In this document: one piece after another, positions 54,226 through 62,654 of the stretch
Layout: each line of letters begins with the position of its first letter
How positions within the stretch are numbered: position 1 is the first letter of the stretch
Source of the DNA: Bacteroidota bacterium
GTDB taxonomy: Bacteria > Bacteroidota > Bacteroidia > NS11-12g > UBA955
NCBI GenBank assembly: GCA_016868785.1
Contig: VGFS01000003.1
Coordinates: 9,716-73,715 of the forward strand
Length of the DNA: 64,000 nucleotides
Direction of reading: 5' to 3'
Made by a program: the position numbers and the translations under genes
The notes under the pieces: model-generated
The model's database searches: none
What the model saw: only the letters and a program-made list of their open reading frames with translations
What the model was told of the DNA's origin: nothing

Positions 54226-55605
54226 ATGACGCTCATAAAATCGATCTCTGGAATTCGTGGAACGCTGGGTGGGAATGCGGGTGAAAACCTGACGCCCATT
54301 GATGTTGTCAAATACACAGCTGCCTTTGGCTCCATGCTGCTGAAAGCCAATCACGGCAAAAAAGTAGTGGTGGGCAGAGACGCTCGTATTAGTGGTCCCT
54401 TGGTGCATGAATTGGTGGCTAATACCCTCATGGCGCTGGGAATGGACGTTATAGACGCCGGACTTTGTACCACACCAACGGTTGAGATGGCCGTTGTTGA
54501 AGAATCTGCAGCGGGTGGTATCATCCTAACGGCGAGTCACAATCCCAAACAGTGGAACGCCCTAAAACTGTTGAATCACAAAGGTGAATTTATCTCTGCC
54601 GCCGATGGTGCCGATGTTTTGTCGCTCGCTGAAAGCAACGACATTCCGTTTGCCACTGTGGATCACTTGGGAAGTCGCACCGTAAAAGACTTTTTACCCA
54701 TGCACATCCAGAAAATTCTGGAATTACCCTTGGTGAACCGCGACCTTATCGCTTCGCAAAAATTCAAAATCGCCGTTGATGCCGTTAACAGCGTGGGTGG
54801 AATTGCAGTTCCCGCGCTTTTGAAAGCCTTGGGCGTTGAGGAAGTGGTGGAAATCAATTGCGATCCTACCGGACATTTTGCGCACAACCCAGAACCCTTG
54901 CCAGAACATTTGGGTCAAATTGCGTCGGAAGTGAAATCTGCCAAATGTGATTTGGGTATTGTGGTAGACCCTGATGTGGATCGGTTGGCGTTGATTTGCG
55001 ACGATGGAGAAATGTTTGGGGAAGAATATACCCTGGTTTCGGTGGCAGATTATTACTTGAAACATACGCCCGGACCTACCGTGAGTAACCTGTCTAGCAC
55101 ACGTGCTTTGAGAGACATCACCGAGAAAGCGGGACAACAATACGAGGCCAGTGCCGTTGGGGAAGTGAATGTAGTGGAGAAAATGAAGGAAATTGGCGCT
55201 GTGATTGGCGGTGAAGGCAACGGTGGAATCATCGTGCCTGAATTGCATTACGGTCGCGATGCCCTCGCCGGAATTGCCCTGTTCTTGAGTCACCTCGCCG
55301 AAACGGGCCTTAGCGCTTCTGCCCTCAGAGCCACTTACCCCAATTATCGCATGTCGAAAAATAAAGCGGAATTGCAAGCTGGGACCGACGTGGATGGCAT
55401 TCTGGAAAAAATCCAAAAGAAATATAAAAAACAGCCCATCAATACCGTTGATGGAGTGAAAATCGAATTCGATAATGATTGGGTACACCTGCGCAAGAGC
55501 AACACCGAACCCATTATTCGTATCTATGCTGAGAGTGACAGCATCAACACAGCCGAAAACCTCACCCGCAAAATTTTGCAGGATATCGGCGACTTATTAA
55601 ACTAA
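54226..55605 (+). CDS. glmM: Phosphoglucosamine mutase GlmM (alpha-D-phosphohexomutase family)
   Basis: MTLIKSISGIRGT, active site TASHNPKQWN, and DPDVDRL. Confidence 0.9.
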   Translation: MTLIKSISGIRGTLGGNAGENLTPIDVVKYTAAFGSMLLKANHGKKVVVGRDARISGPLVHELVANTLMALGMDVIDAGLCTTPTVEMAVVEESAAGGIILTASHNPKQWNALKLLNHKGEFISAADGADVLSLAESNDIPFATVDHLGSRTVKDFLPMHIQKILELPLVNRDLIASQKFKIAVDAVNSVGGIAVPALLKALGVEEVVEINCDPTGHFAHNPEPLPEHLGQIASEVKSAKCDLGIVVDPDVDRLALICDDGEMFGEEYTLVSVADYYLKHTPGPTVSNLSSTRALRDITEKAGQQYEASAVGEVNVVEKMKEIGAVIGGEGNGGIIVPELHYGRDALAGIALFLSHLAETGLSASALRATYPNYRMSKNKAELQAGTDVDGILEKIQKKYKKQPINTVDGVKIEFDNDWVHLRKSNTEPIIRIYAESDSINTAENLTRKILQDIGDLLN

Positions 55606-55616
55606 AATAGAGCCCT

Positions 55617-56714
55617 ATGGCAATGCAATGTGGTATCGTGGGACTGCCCAATGTTGGGAAATCCACCCTCTTTAATGCAGTATCCAGTGCCAAAGCGCAA
55701 TCTGCCAACTTTCCTTTTTGTACAATTGAGCCCAATGTAGGCACCATCACTGTGCCGGATATTCGCATGAATAAACTGGCCTCTTTGGTGAATCCACAAA
55801 ACCTGGTGCCAACCACCATCGAAATCGTGGATATCGCCGGATTGGTGAAAGGGGCGAGTAAGGGCGATGGTCTGGGAAATCAATTTTTGGGAAATATCCG
55901 AAATACCAATGCCATTTTGCATGTGTTGCGCTGCTTCGACGATGACAATATTATTCACGTTGATGGTTCAGTGAATCCATTGCGCGACAAAGAAATTATC
56001 GACACAGAACTTCAGTTGAAAGACCTTGAATCGTTAGAAAAAACCATCGCGAAGATTCAAAAGCAGGCCAAAGCAGGCGATAAAGACGCGGCGAAGTTGC
56101 TGGAGATTAGTGAGGCTTATCAGGCGCATTTGCTCACAGGGAAAAATGCCAGAACCTTGGAGATGGAGCCCGAGAAAAAGGCATTGATCAAAGACTTGAA
56201 TTTGCTTACAGACAAGCCCGTTTTGTATGTGTGTAACGTAGATCCCGATAGCGTAAACGCCGGGAATGCCTATGTAGAACAAGTGAAACAAGCCATTGCG
56301 GGAGAAACAGCAGGGATTATTTTGATCTCAGCAGCCATTGAAGCGGAAATTGCGGATTTGGAGAGTTTCGAAGATCGACAGATGTTCTTGCAGGAAATGG
56401 GACTGGAGCAAAGTGGCGTTGAAAAACTCATTCACGCAGCTTATAAATTGCTGAATTATATTACCTATTTCACAGTGGGTGTTAAGGAGGTTCGCGCCTG
56501 GACCATCACCGAAGGGATCAAAGCCCCCGGTGCTGGTGGTGAAATTCACTCAGATTTTGAAAAAGGATTTATCCGTGCCGAGGTTATCGCCTACGAAGAT
56601 TATATTCACTATGGATCAGAGGCCGCTTGTCGTGAGGTGGGTAAATTGCGTGTGGAAGGCAAGGAATACGTGGTGAAGGATGGTGATTGCATGCACTTCC
56701 GCTTCAACGTATAA
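55617..56714 (+). CDS. ychF: Ribosome-binding ATPase YchF
   Basis: CGIVGLPNVGKSTLFNA, a TGS-like C-terminus, and VKDGDCMHFRFNV. Confidence 0.95.
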   Translation: MAMQCGIVGLPNVGKSTLFNAVSSAKAQSANFPFCTIEPNVGTITVPDIRMNKLASLVNPQNLVPTTIEIVDIAGLVKGASKGDGLGNQFLGNIRNTNAILHVLRCFDDDNIIHVDGSVNPLRDKEIIDTELQLKDLESLEKTIAKIQKQAKAGDKDAAKLLEISEAYQAHLLTGKNARTLEMEPEKKALIKDLNLLTDKPVLYVCNVDPDSVNAGNAYVEQVKQAIAGETAGIILISAAIEAEIADLESFEDRQMFLQEMGLEQSGVEKLIHAAYKLLNYITYFTVGVKEVRAWTITEGIKAPGAGGEIHSDFEKGFIRAEVIAYEDYIHYGSEAACREVGKLRVEGKEYVVKDGDCMHFRFNV

Positions 56715-56716
56715 CG

Positions 56717-58633
56717 TTACACCTCCGGCACATAAGGCGTATCGTCGCTCAGATACAAAGGCGTTTCGCCATATTTTACTTTGTATAATTTCTTGATGTA
56801 AGACCAGCAATGGGTTTGGAAATCGCCTACGCGGTCCCGAATCTTTTGTGACCCAACGGGTTTTCTGCCGCGTTTTAGTTCGGTGAAGGATCTTCTCACG
56901 GGCTCTATGATTTGCTCGCTCAAATAATCGGCGAAATAATTGCCGGCTTTGGTGCAGCGATCTTGCAATCGCAGGGTCAGTTCCTGTTGGGCCTGCTCAA
57001 TTTCTTCCGCATTGGGGAGTCTGTCTAAGTCTTCGAACTGCGTTTCATGCTCTTTGAAAATTTGTCCGATCGACCGTTGAAATTTTTGTGCGGTGTCTTC
57101 AAGTTCCTGGAATTTCAGTCGGATGGGCGATAGCTCCGCATATTTGGCTGAGATTTTACTGCTTTTTTCTTTGGAAATCGCCAGCATCATGCCGTTGAAT
57201 TCATAGCTGATTTGTCGAACGCTGTATACCTCGAGCAGTTGTTGCTTTTGAAATAACTGGCGTTTTTCTTCCAAGATTTCCCATAAATCGCGGGATTTGG
57301 CTTGGTTTTCATGGAAGTGTATTATGCGGGCATCGCTGAGAATGTTTTGGGCGCGGATGGCGGTGAGCAACACCAAGGAGTCTAGGTTGGTACATCTACT
57401 CAACGCTACGTAAACTTGACCGGGAGCAAAGCTTTTTCCCGCATCGATCATGGCTTTTTCGAAGGTGAGGCCTTGGCTTTTGTGAACGGTGATGGCCCAT
57501 GCCAATCGCAGTGGGAATTGTTCGAAGCTGCCAATTTCTTCTTGCTCAACCGATTCGTCGGTGGCATTGTATTTATAACGGAGGTTCTTCCATGTTTCCC
57601 GTTCTATTTCGATGGGGGCTTTTCCATCATTGCAATCGATGAACAGGGTGTCGCCCGCGATGCGCTTGACGGTTCCGATTTTTCCATTGTAATAGCGCTT
57701 TTCATAGGAGGTGTCGTTTTTTACAAACATGACTTGGGCTCCCTCTTTGATGCGCAGGATGCCTTCTGTTGGGAAACTTCCCTCGGAGAATTCGCCGGAA
57801 ACTTTGGCTACGTATTGTTTTTCAGCGGCCTCGATTTTCAGCAATTCTTTTTCATTGATGGCATCGGCTTGTTTGTTGTGGGTGGTAAGTGTGATCCATC
57901 CAGGTTCTTGGGGTTGGAAGTCGGGTTGTATTCGTTCCGATAAATTCTCATAATCCCAGCTCTCCATCTGGTTGCTGCGGATTTGGTTCAGGAGGTTGAT
58001 GAAACCTCGATCACTTTGTCGGTAAATGGTTTTTAGTTCGATGGTGATCATTTCCAGCGCGGGGAAGCACTTGGCCGAAAAGAAAAACTCTGTGTTGTAA
58101 TGTTGGTAAATCAGTCCGCGCTCCATTTCGGTAACTACAGGAGGCAGCTGCATCAAATCGCCGATGAGCAAGAGTTGCACTCCGCCGAAAGGTTTGGAGC
58201 TGCTTCGTGCAAATCGTAATGCATGATCGATGACATCGAACAAATCGGCCCGAACCATGGAAATTTCATCAATGACCAACAATTCCAGCGACTGAAAAAT
58301 GTCGCGCTTGGCTTTGTTGTAATGAAAATGCTCCCGAATCATGATGGCGTTGTTGGCCAAGTTGGGGTCCACCGATTCGTTGGTGGGTACAAATGCCCGC
58401 GTGGGCAGGCCAAACATGCTGTGTATGGTGCTTCCGCCAGCATTGATTGCTGCCACACCCGTTGGGGCCACGACCACGGTTTTTTTGGTGGTATTGGCCA
58501 GTAGGTTTTTCAGGAAGGTGGTTTTTCCCGTGCCTGCTTTTCCCGTGAGAAACAGGTGCTGATGGGTGTCGTTCACGAATGAATACGCCAAAGAGGCCTC
58601 GTCGCTGCCGGTATTGATTTGGGGCGATGCCAT
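56717..58633 (-). CDS. PIF1/RecD-like SF1 helicase with a ~190-aa uncharacterised C-terminal extension
   Basis: Walker A LTGKAGTGKTTFL, LVIDEISMV, TVHKSQGLTF and VALSRC motifs. Start re-derived at ATG 58633 (MASPQINTG...), sharing one nt with the upstream stop (TAATG). Confidence 0.85.
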   Translation of the reverse strand: MASPQINTGSDEASLAYSFVNDTHQHLFLTGKAGTGKTTFLKNLLANTTKKTVVVAPTGVAAINAGGSTIHSMFGLPTRAFVPTNESVDPNLANNAIMIREHFHYNKAKRDIFQSLELLVIDEISMVRADLFDVIDHALRFARSSSKPFGGVQLLLIGDLMQLPPVVTEMERGLIYQHYNTEFFFSAKCFPALEMITIELKTIYRQSDRGFINLLNQIRSNQMESWDYENLSERIQPDFQPQEPGWITLTTHNKQADAINEKELLKIEAAEKQYVAKVSGEFSEGSFPTEGILRIKEGAQVMFVKNDTSYEKRYYNGKIGTVKRIAGDTLFIDCNDGKAPIEIERETWKNLRYKYNATDESVEQEEIGSFEQFPLRLAWAITVHKSQGLTFEKAMIDAGKSFAPGQVYVALSRCTNLDSLVLLTAIRAQNILSDARIIHFHENQAKSRDLWEILEEKRQLFQKQQLLEVYSVRQISYEFNGMMLAISKEKSSKISAKYAELSPIRLKFQELEDTAQKFQRSIGQIFKEHETQFEDLDRLPNAEEIEQAQQELTLRLQDRCTKAGNYFADYLSEQIIEPVRRSFTELKRGRKPVGSQKIRDRVGDFQTHCWSYIKKLYKVKYGETPLYLSDDTPYVPEV

Positions 58634-60621
58634 TAGTATGCGATGAGTCCTTCCAATACGTCTTTTAATCGCTGCCAAGGCAGGAAATGGTCTTCGAGTG
58701 ATTTGGCCAAAGGCACAGGGGTGTCCAAACTTCCCAGACGCTGCACAGGGGCATCGAGGTATTCAAATGCGTTTTCGGAAATCCATGCCGCGATATCACT
58801 GACGATGCTGCCGGTGAGTGTGTCCTCGGTGAGAACAAGTACTTTCCCGGTCTCTTTCACTTGCGATAAAACGGTCTCTTGATCCCATGGTAGCAGTGTG
58901 CGAAGGTCAACGACGCGACCTTTAAATCCCTGTTCTTGGAGGCATTCGATGGCTTTGTGAACGCCCCAGCCATAGGTGATAATACAAAAATCATCGCCCA
59001 AATTGTGTACCGCTGCTTTTCCTTCCTGTATCATATAGGGCGATTCGGGAACTGGACCTGATATGCTCCGATACAACAATTTGTGTTCAAAGAACAGAAC
59101 GGGATTGGGGTCTTCCAGTGCCCTCATCAACAGTCCTTTGGCATCCGCCGGATTGCTGGGGTAGTAAATTTTAAGTCCGGGCGTATGGTAAAACCAGGCT
59201 TCGGTACTTTGGCTGTGAAACGGGCCCGCCTGCACGCCTGCGCCAGTGGGCATGCGTACAACCACATCGGCAGGTTGCCCCCAACGGTAATGACTTTTGG
59301 CCAGGTTGTTGACGATTTGGTTGAAACCACAAGTGACAAAATCGGAAAATTGCATTTCTACCACGGCTTTTTGTTTGGCGATGCTTAAGCCATAGCCCGC
59401 GCCCAAAATAGAACTCTCGGTGATGGGGGTATTGCGCACGCGGTTTTTGCCGAATTTCTCCACAAATCCTTCTGTGATTTTGAATACTCCGCCGTATTCG
59501 GCCACGTCTTGGCCCATGATCACCATCGAGGAATGTCGGTCCATGCCCTGTTCCAATCCCTCTTTGATCGCATCGACCAGTCTGAGCTCTCTGTGGGTGT
59601 CTTCCACTTTGTCTACCATGGAAATGTCGCTGGTTTGGTGGAAGGGCGCATACATATCGGACAGTTCTTCTTCTGTTTTGGGCACAACTTCCTCCTCTGC
59701 GAAGGTTGCATCGAGGCCTGTTTCTATTTCTTCTTGGAATTCTTTGCGATACGAATCGATCAATTTCTGGTTGAGGATGCCCTCAGCGATAAGGTAGTTT
59801 TCGTAGTTTGTAAGCGGGTCTTTTTTTGCCCATTCCTCGAACAGGTGGGGTGGCACATATTTTACCCCGGATGCTTCTTCGTGGCCACGCATGCGAAAGG
59901 TAAGCGCTTCGAATAGGAGGGGTCGGGGATTTTTTCGCAATTCTTCGGCCCAATGAATGGCGGCATGGTATACTTCGAGAATGTTGTTTCCATCCACTTG
60001 AACGGCTTCAATTCCATAGCCAATGCCTTTGTCGATGAATTGCTTGCACCGGAATTGTTCATTGGAAGGGGTGCTGAGGCCGTAGCCATTATTTTCGATG
60101 AGGAAAATGACAGGCAATTGCCAAACGGCTGCCACATTTAAGGCTTCGTGAAAATCGCCTTCCGAGGTGCCCCCATCGCCCGAAAAGGCTACGGAGATTT
60201 TTTGTCGACCATTGAGCTTGTGCGACAAAGAAACGCCATTGGACACGCCAAGCATGGCGCCGAGGTGCGATATCATACCTACGATGGCGTAATCATTGGT
60301 GCCAAAGTGAAAACTTCGCTCGCGGCCTTTGCTAAATCCTGATTTTTTGCCTTGCCATTGGGCAAAGAGTTTTCCGAAGGGAATCCCTCTGGAAGTGAAA
60401 ACCCCCAAGTTGCGATGCAGTGGCATGATATACTCATCTGGGTCGAGTGCCATGGTTACACCCACGGAGATGGCTTCTTGGCCAATACCGCTAAACCATT
60501 TGCCTACCTTTCCTTGGCGCAGTAACACAAGCATTTTCTCCTCAATCATTCGCGGTTTAAGGAGCCCGCGGTACAATTGCAATAGTTCGGTGTTGTTGAG
60601 GTCTTTACGATTGAATTTCAC
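58633..60621 (-). CDS. Fused alpha/beta E1 component of a 2-oxoacid (branched-chain type) dehydrogenase
   Basis: The N-half has the TPP-binding GDGGTSEGDFHEALN. The C-half is transketolase-like (VIMGQDVAEYGGVFKIT). GTG start. Confidence 0.9.
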   Translation of the reverse strand: MKFNRKDLNNTELLQLYRGLLKPRMIEEKMLVLLRQGKVGKWFSGIGQEAISVGVTMALDPDEYIMPLHRNLGVFTSRGIPFGKLFAQWQGKKSGFSKGRERSFHFGTNDYAIVGMISHLGAMLGVSNGVSLSHKLNGRQKISVAFSGDGGTSEGDFHEALNVAAVWQLPVIFLIENNGYGLSTPSNEQFRCKQFIDKGIGYGIEAVQVDGNNILEVYHAAIHWAEELRKNPRPLLFEALTFRMRGHEEASGVKYVPPHLFEEWAKKDPLTNYENYLIAEGILNQKLIDSYRKEFQEEIETGLDATFAEEEVVPKTEEELSDMYAPFHQTSDISMVDKVEDTHRELRLVDAIKEGLEQGMDRHSSMVIMGQDVAEYGGVFKITEGFVEKFGKNRVRNTPITESSILGAGYGLSIAKQKAVVEMQFSDFVTCGFNQIVNNLAKSHYRWGQPADVVVRMPTGAGVQAGPFHSQSTEAWFYHTPGLKIYYPSNPADAKGLLMRALEDPNPVLFFEHKLLYRSISGPVPESPYMIQEGKAAVHNLGDDFCIITYGWGVHKAIECLQEQGFKGRVVDLRTLLPWDQETVLSQVKETGKVLVLTEDTLTGSIVSDIAAWISENAFEYLDAPVQRLGSLDTPVPLAKSLEDHFLPWQRLKDVLEGLIAY

Positions 60622-60649
60622 TTTTGCGCAAGTTGAAAGAGTAGAATTT

Positions 60650-60657
60650 CAAATTTA
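60650..60657 (-). promoter_or_regulatory. -7 box TAAATTTG, 28 nt upstream of GTG 60621
   Basis: Exact TAnnTTTG match on the minus strand. Confidence 0.45.
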
Positions 60658-60734
60658 CAAAGCAAAAGTGGCCTAAAATGCGGTCAACAGAGGAGTTATT
60701 CATATAATTCTCACATTTTTACATTTTTCTTTGC

Positions 60735-60756
60735 AACCATTTCTCTTTTGTGCGTC
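60735..60756 (+). promoter_or_regulatory. Candidate ECF-type autoregulated promoter (AAC-N15-CGTC)
   Basis: GCAACC...CGTC sits 17 nt upstream of the TTG start of the ECF sigma gene. The spacer is 1-2 nt shorter than typical, so this is weak. Confidence 0.25.
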
Positions 60757-60772
60757 ATAAAACCGAAGCTAC

Positions 60773-61327
60773 TTGCTAAACAACAATGATATCATAGCCG
60801 GATGTGTCAATAAAGACCGAATCGCCCAGAAAGCTCTATACGAGAAATACGGTGCCAAGATGTTCGGTTTTTGTTTGAGATACTCAAACGGCCACACGGA
60901 TGCTCAGGACTTGTTGCAAGATGGTTTCATCAAGGTCTTTGACAGCATAGCCACCCTGAAAGATCCTTCACAGTTGGAAGGATGGATGAGTCGGGTTTTC
61001 ATTAATCTGGCACTTTCAAAATTTAGGAAAACGTCTCGCAGACCATTAATGGTTGAAGCGGTTGACGTTTCGGATGAGTCCACCGAAGAAGTTATTATGG
61101 AGTCAGAACCTCTGGAAATTGAAATTGTGTTGCAGTGTTTGATGTTACTCCCAGAGAATTATCGCATGGTTTTGAACTTATACGCCATCGACAAATTATC
61201 GCACAAAGAGATTGCAGAATCGCTCGGAATCACCATCTCCAATAGCAAAAGTCTTTTGCATAGGGCGCGCGTGTTGTTAAAAGAATTGGTTGAACAACAA
61301 AGAAACAAGGACACTGGAAAACAGTAA
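60773..61327 (+). CDS. ECF-subfamily RNA polymerase sigma-70 factor
   Basis: Region 2 (ALYEKYGAKMFGFCLRYSNGHTDAQDLLQDGFIKVF) and region 4 (LPENYRMVLNLYAIDKLSHKEIAESLGITISNSKSLLHRAR). TTG start. Confidence 0.85.
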   Translation: MLNNNDIIAGCVNKDRIAQKALYEKYGAKMFGFCLRYSNGHTDAQDLLQDGFIKVFDSIATLKDPSQLEGWMSRVFINLALSKFRKTSRRPLMVEAVDVSDESTEEVIMESEPLEIEIVLQCLMLLPENYRMVLNLYAIDKLSHKEIAESLGITISNSKSLLHRARVLLKELVEQQRNKDTGKQ

Positions 61328-62615
61328 CAAACATATCGACAATTGGTTAAGCCGGCAATTTGAGGATTTTACCCCGAATCCCGATGCTGGTTTATGGCAG
61401 TCGATAGACTCTGCCCTTGACCGCAAAGAACGCCGGAGCAAATTCATATGGTATTGGTTGGCTGCCGGCGTTCTATTGTCCGTGGTGGGTTTGGGAATTG
61501 TTCAGTGGAATTCAAATAGTAACAGGGTGAACCCAACTACGGCGGTGGCTGCGCAAGAAAAGACGGCCACCAAAGACGCGTTGACCCCTAACAAAAAATC
61601 AGCAGAACTCCTCGATGCAATAAATCCGGTGTCTGTTAAAAAATCTTCAAACAAACCTCCGGCGCAATACAACGAAATCGATCCAAAAGATTCGGAAAAG
61701 CCCGAGAATATCAAAACCGTTGAGCCCAAAGGGATGTTTTTGGTTGAAACCCCGGTGGTTGAACAACAGACACAGTTGAACCTGGATCAACAACCCATGG
61801 ATTTTGTCTCCATGTGGGCCTCAGAAGACAATGCAATGCAGGTGCGGGTAACTGAACCAGCCGCGTTGCCATGGATGTCGGTTTCACGCAAAGGGTTGAT
61901 GCCAGGTCGTTGGAGTGTTGAAATGGGTGCTGACGCCAACCAAACGGGGTTGGTTTATCGCGCCAAAAACGAATACAGCAATTACATCCACAAGAATTAT
62001 TTTGATTGGATGAAATCGGGGGAATTTGCCCTCAGCGCTTCTCGCGTTCAAGGGGCATTGTTGTATCAACTTAATCCGAAACATTCATTGAAATTGGGGT
62101 TGGCGTATGCGGAAAACCGCACGTTGCAGCAATTCAATTTCCGAGATAGTATGCCCGCTACTGTGATACAAGGACAAAAATCGGATGCCTTGGGATACTA
62201 TCCCATCTTTGGGTACCTCGGATTGGGTCCGCAAGTGTCGTTTCAATCGCAGTCTACTTACACGATGCTATCCATCCCGATGGGTTACACTGGACATTTC
62301 CCCTGGAAAAAAGGATTGAGTATTACCCCTGAAGTATTGGTATCGGCCAATCGCTTGGGCGTGGCGGCAGGTGCTCAAACACTGGATTATCAAACCTTGA
62401 TGCAAAAAACGCAGCAGGCGGATCAGCTCAGAACCTGGGTGATGGGGATGCGTGTGGCTGTAGGGGTAGAGAAACGGTTAAATTATGCTCATGCCATTGG
62501 ATTGCGATTGAATGCCCAATCGATGCTGAGCCCAATGTATGTCCCAAATGCCGCCTTGCAATCTCGGGGTTGGTCTGCGGGTTTGTCGGCCCATTATTCA
62601 TGGAGGATCCAATAA
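61290..62615 (+). CDS. Putative anti-sigma partner: short N-terminal head, one TM helix, polar linker, C-terminal outer-membrane-beta-barrel-like domain
   Basis: TTG start overlapping the sigma gene by 38 nt. Head HIDNWLSRQFEDFTPNPDAGLWQSIDSAL. TM FIWYWLAAGVLLSVVGLGIVQW. C-terminal ~270 aa of amphipathic strands ending GLSAHYSWRIQ. Confidence 0.7.
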   Translation: MNNKETRTLENSNKHIDNWLSRQFEDFTPNPDAGLWQSIDSALDRKERRSKFIWYWLAAGVLLSVVGLGIVQWNSNSNRVNPTTAVAAQEKTATKDALTPNKKSAELLDAINPVSVKKSSNKPPAQYNEIDPKDSEKPENIKTVEPKGMFLVETPVVEQQTQLNLDQQPMDFVSMWASEDNAMQVRVTEPAALPWMSVSRKGLMPGRWSVEMGADANQTGLVYRAKNEYSNYIHKNYFDWMKSGEFALSASRVQGALLYQLNPKHSLKLGLAYAENRTLQQFNFRDSMPATVIQGQKSDALGYYPIFGYLGLGPQVSFQSQSTYTMLSIPMGYTGHFPWKKGLSITPEVLVSANRLGVAAGAQTLDYQTLMQKTQQADQLRTWVMGMRVAVGVEKRLNYAHAIGLRLNAQSMLSPMYVPNAALQSRGWSAGLSAHYSWRIQ

Positions 62616-62654
62616 TTGAAGAAAAAGTGTTACATATGGTATAAATTGCACAGG

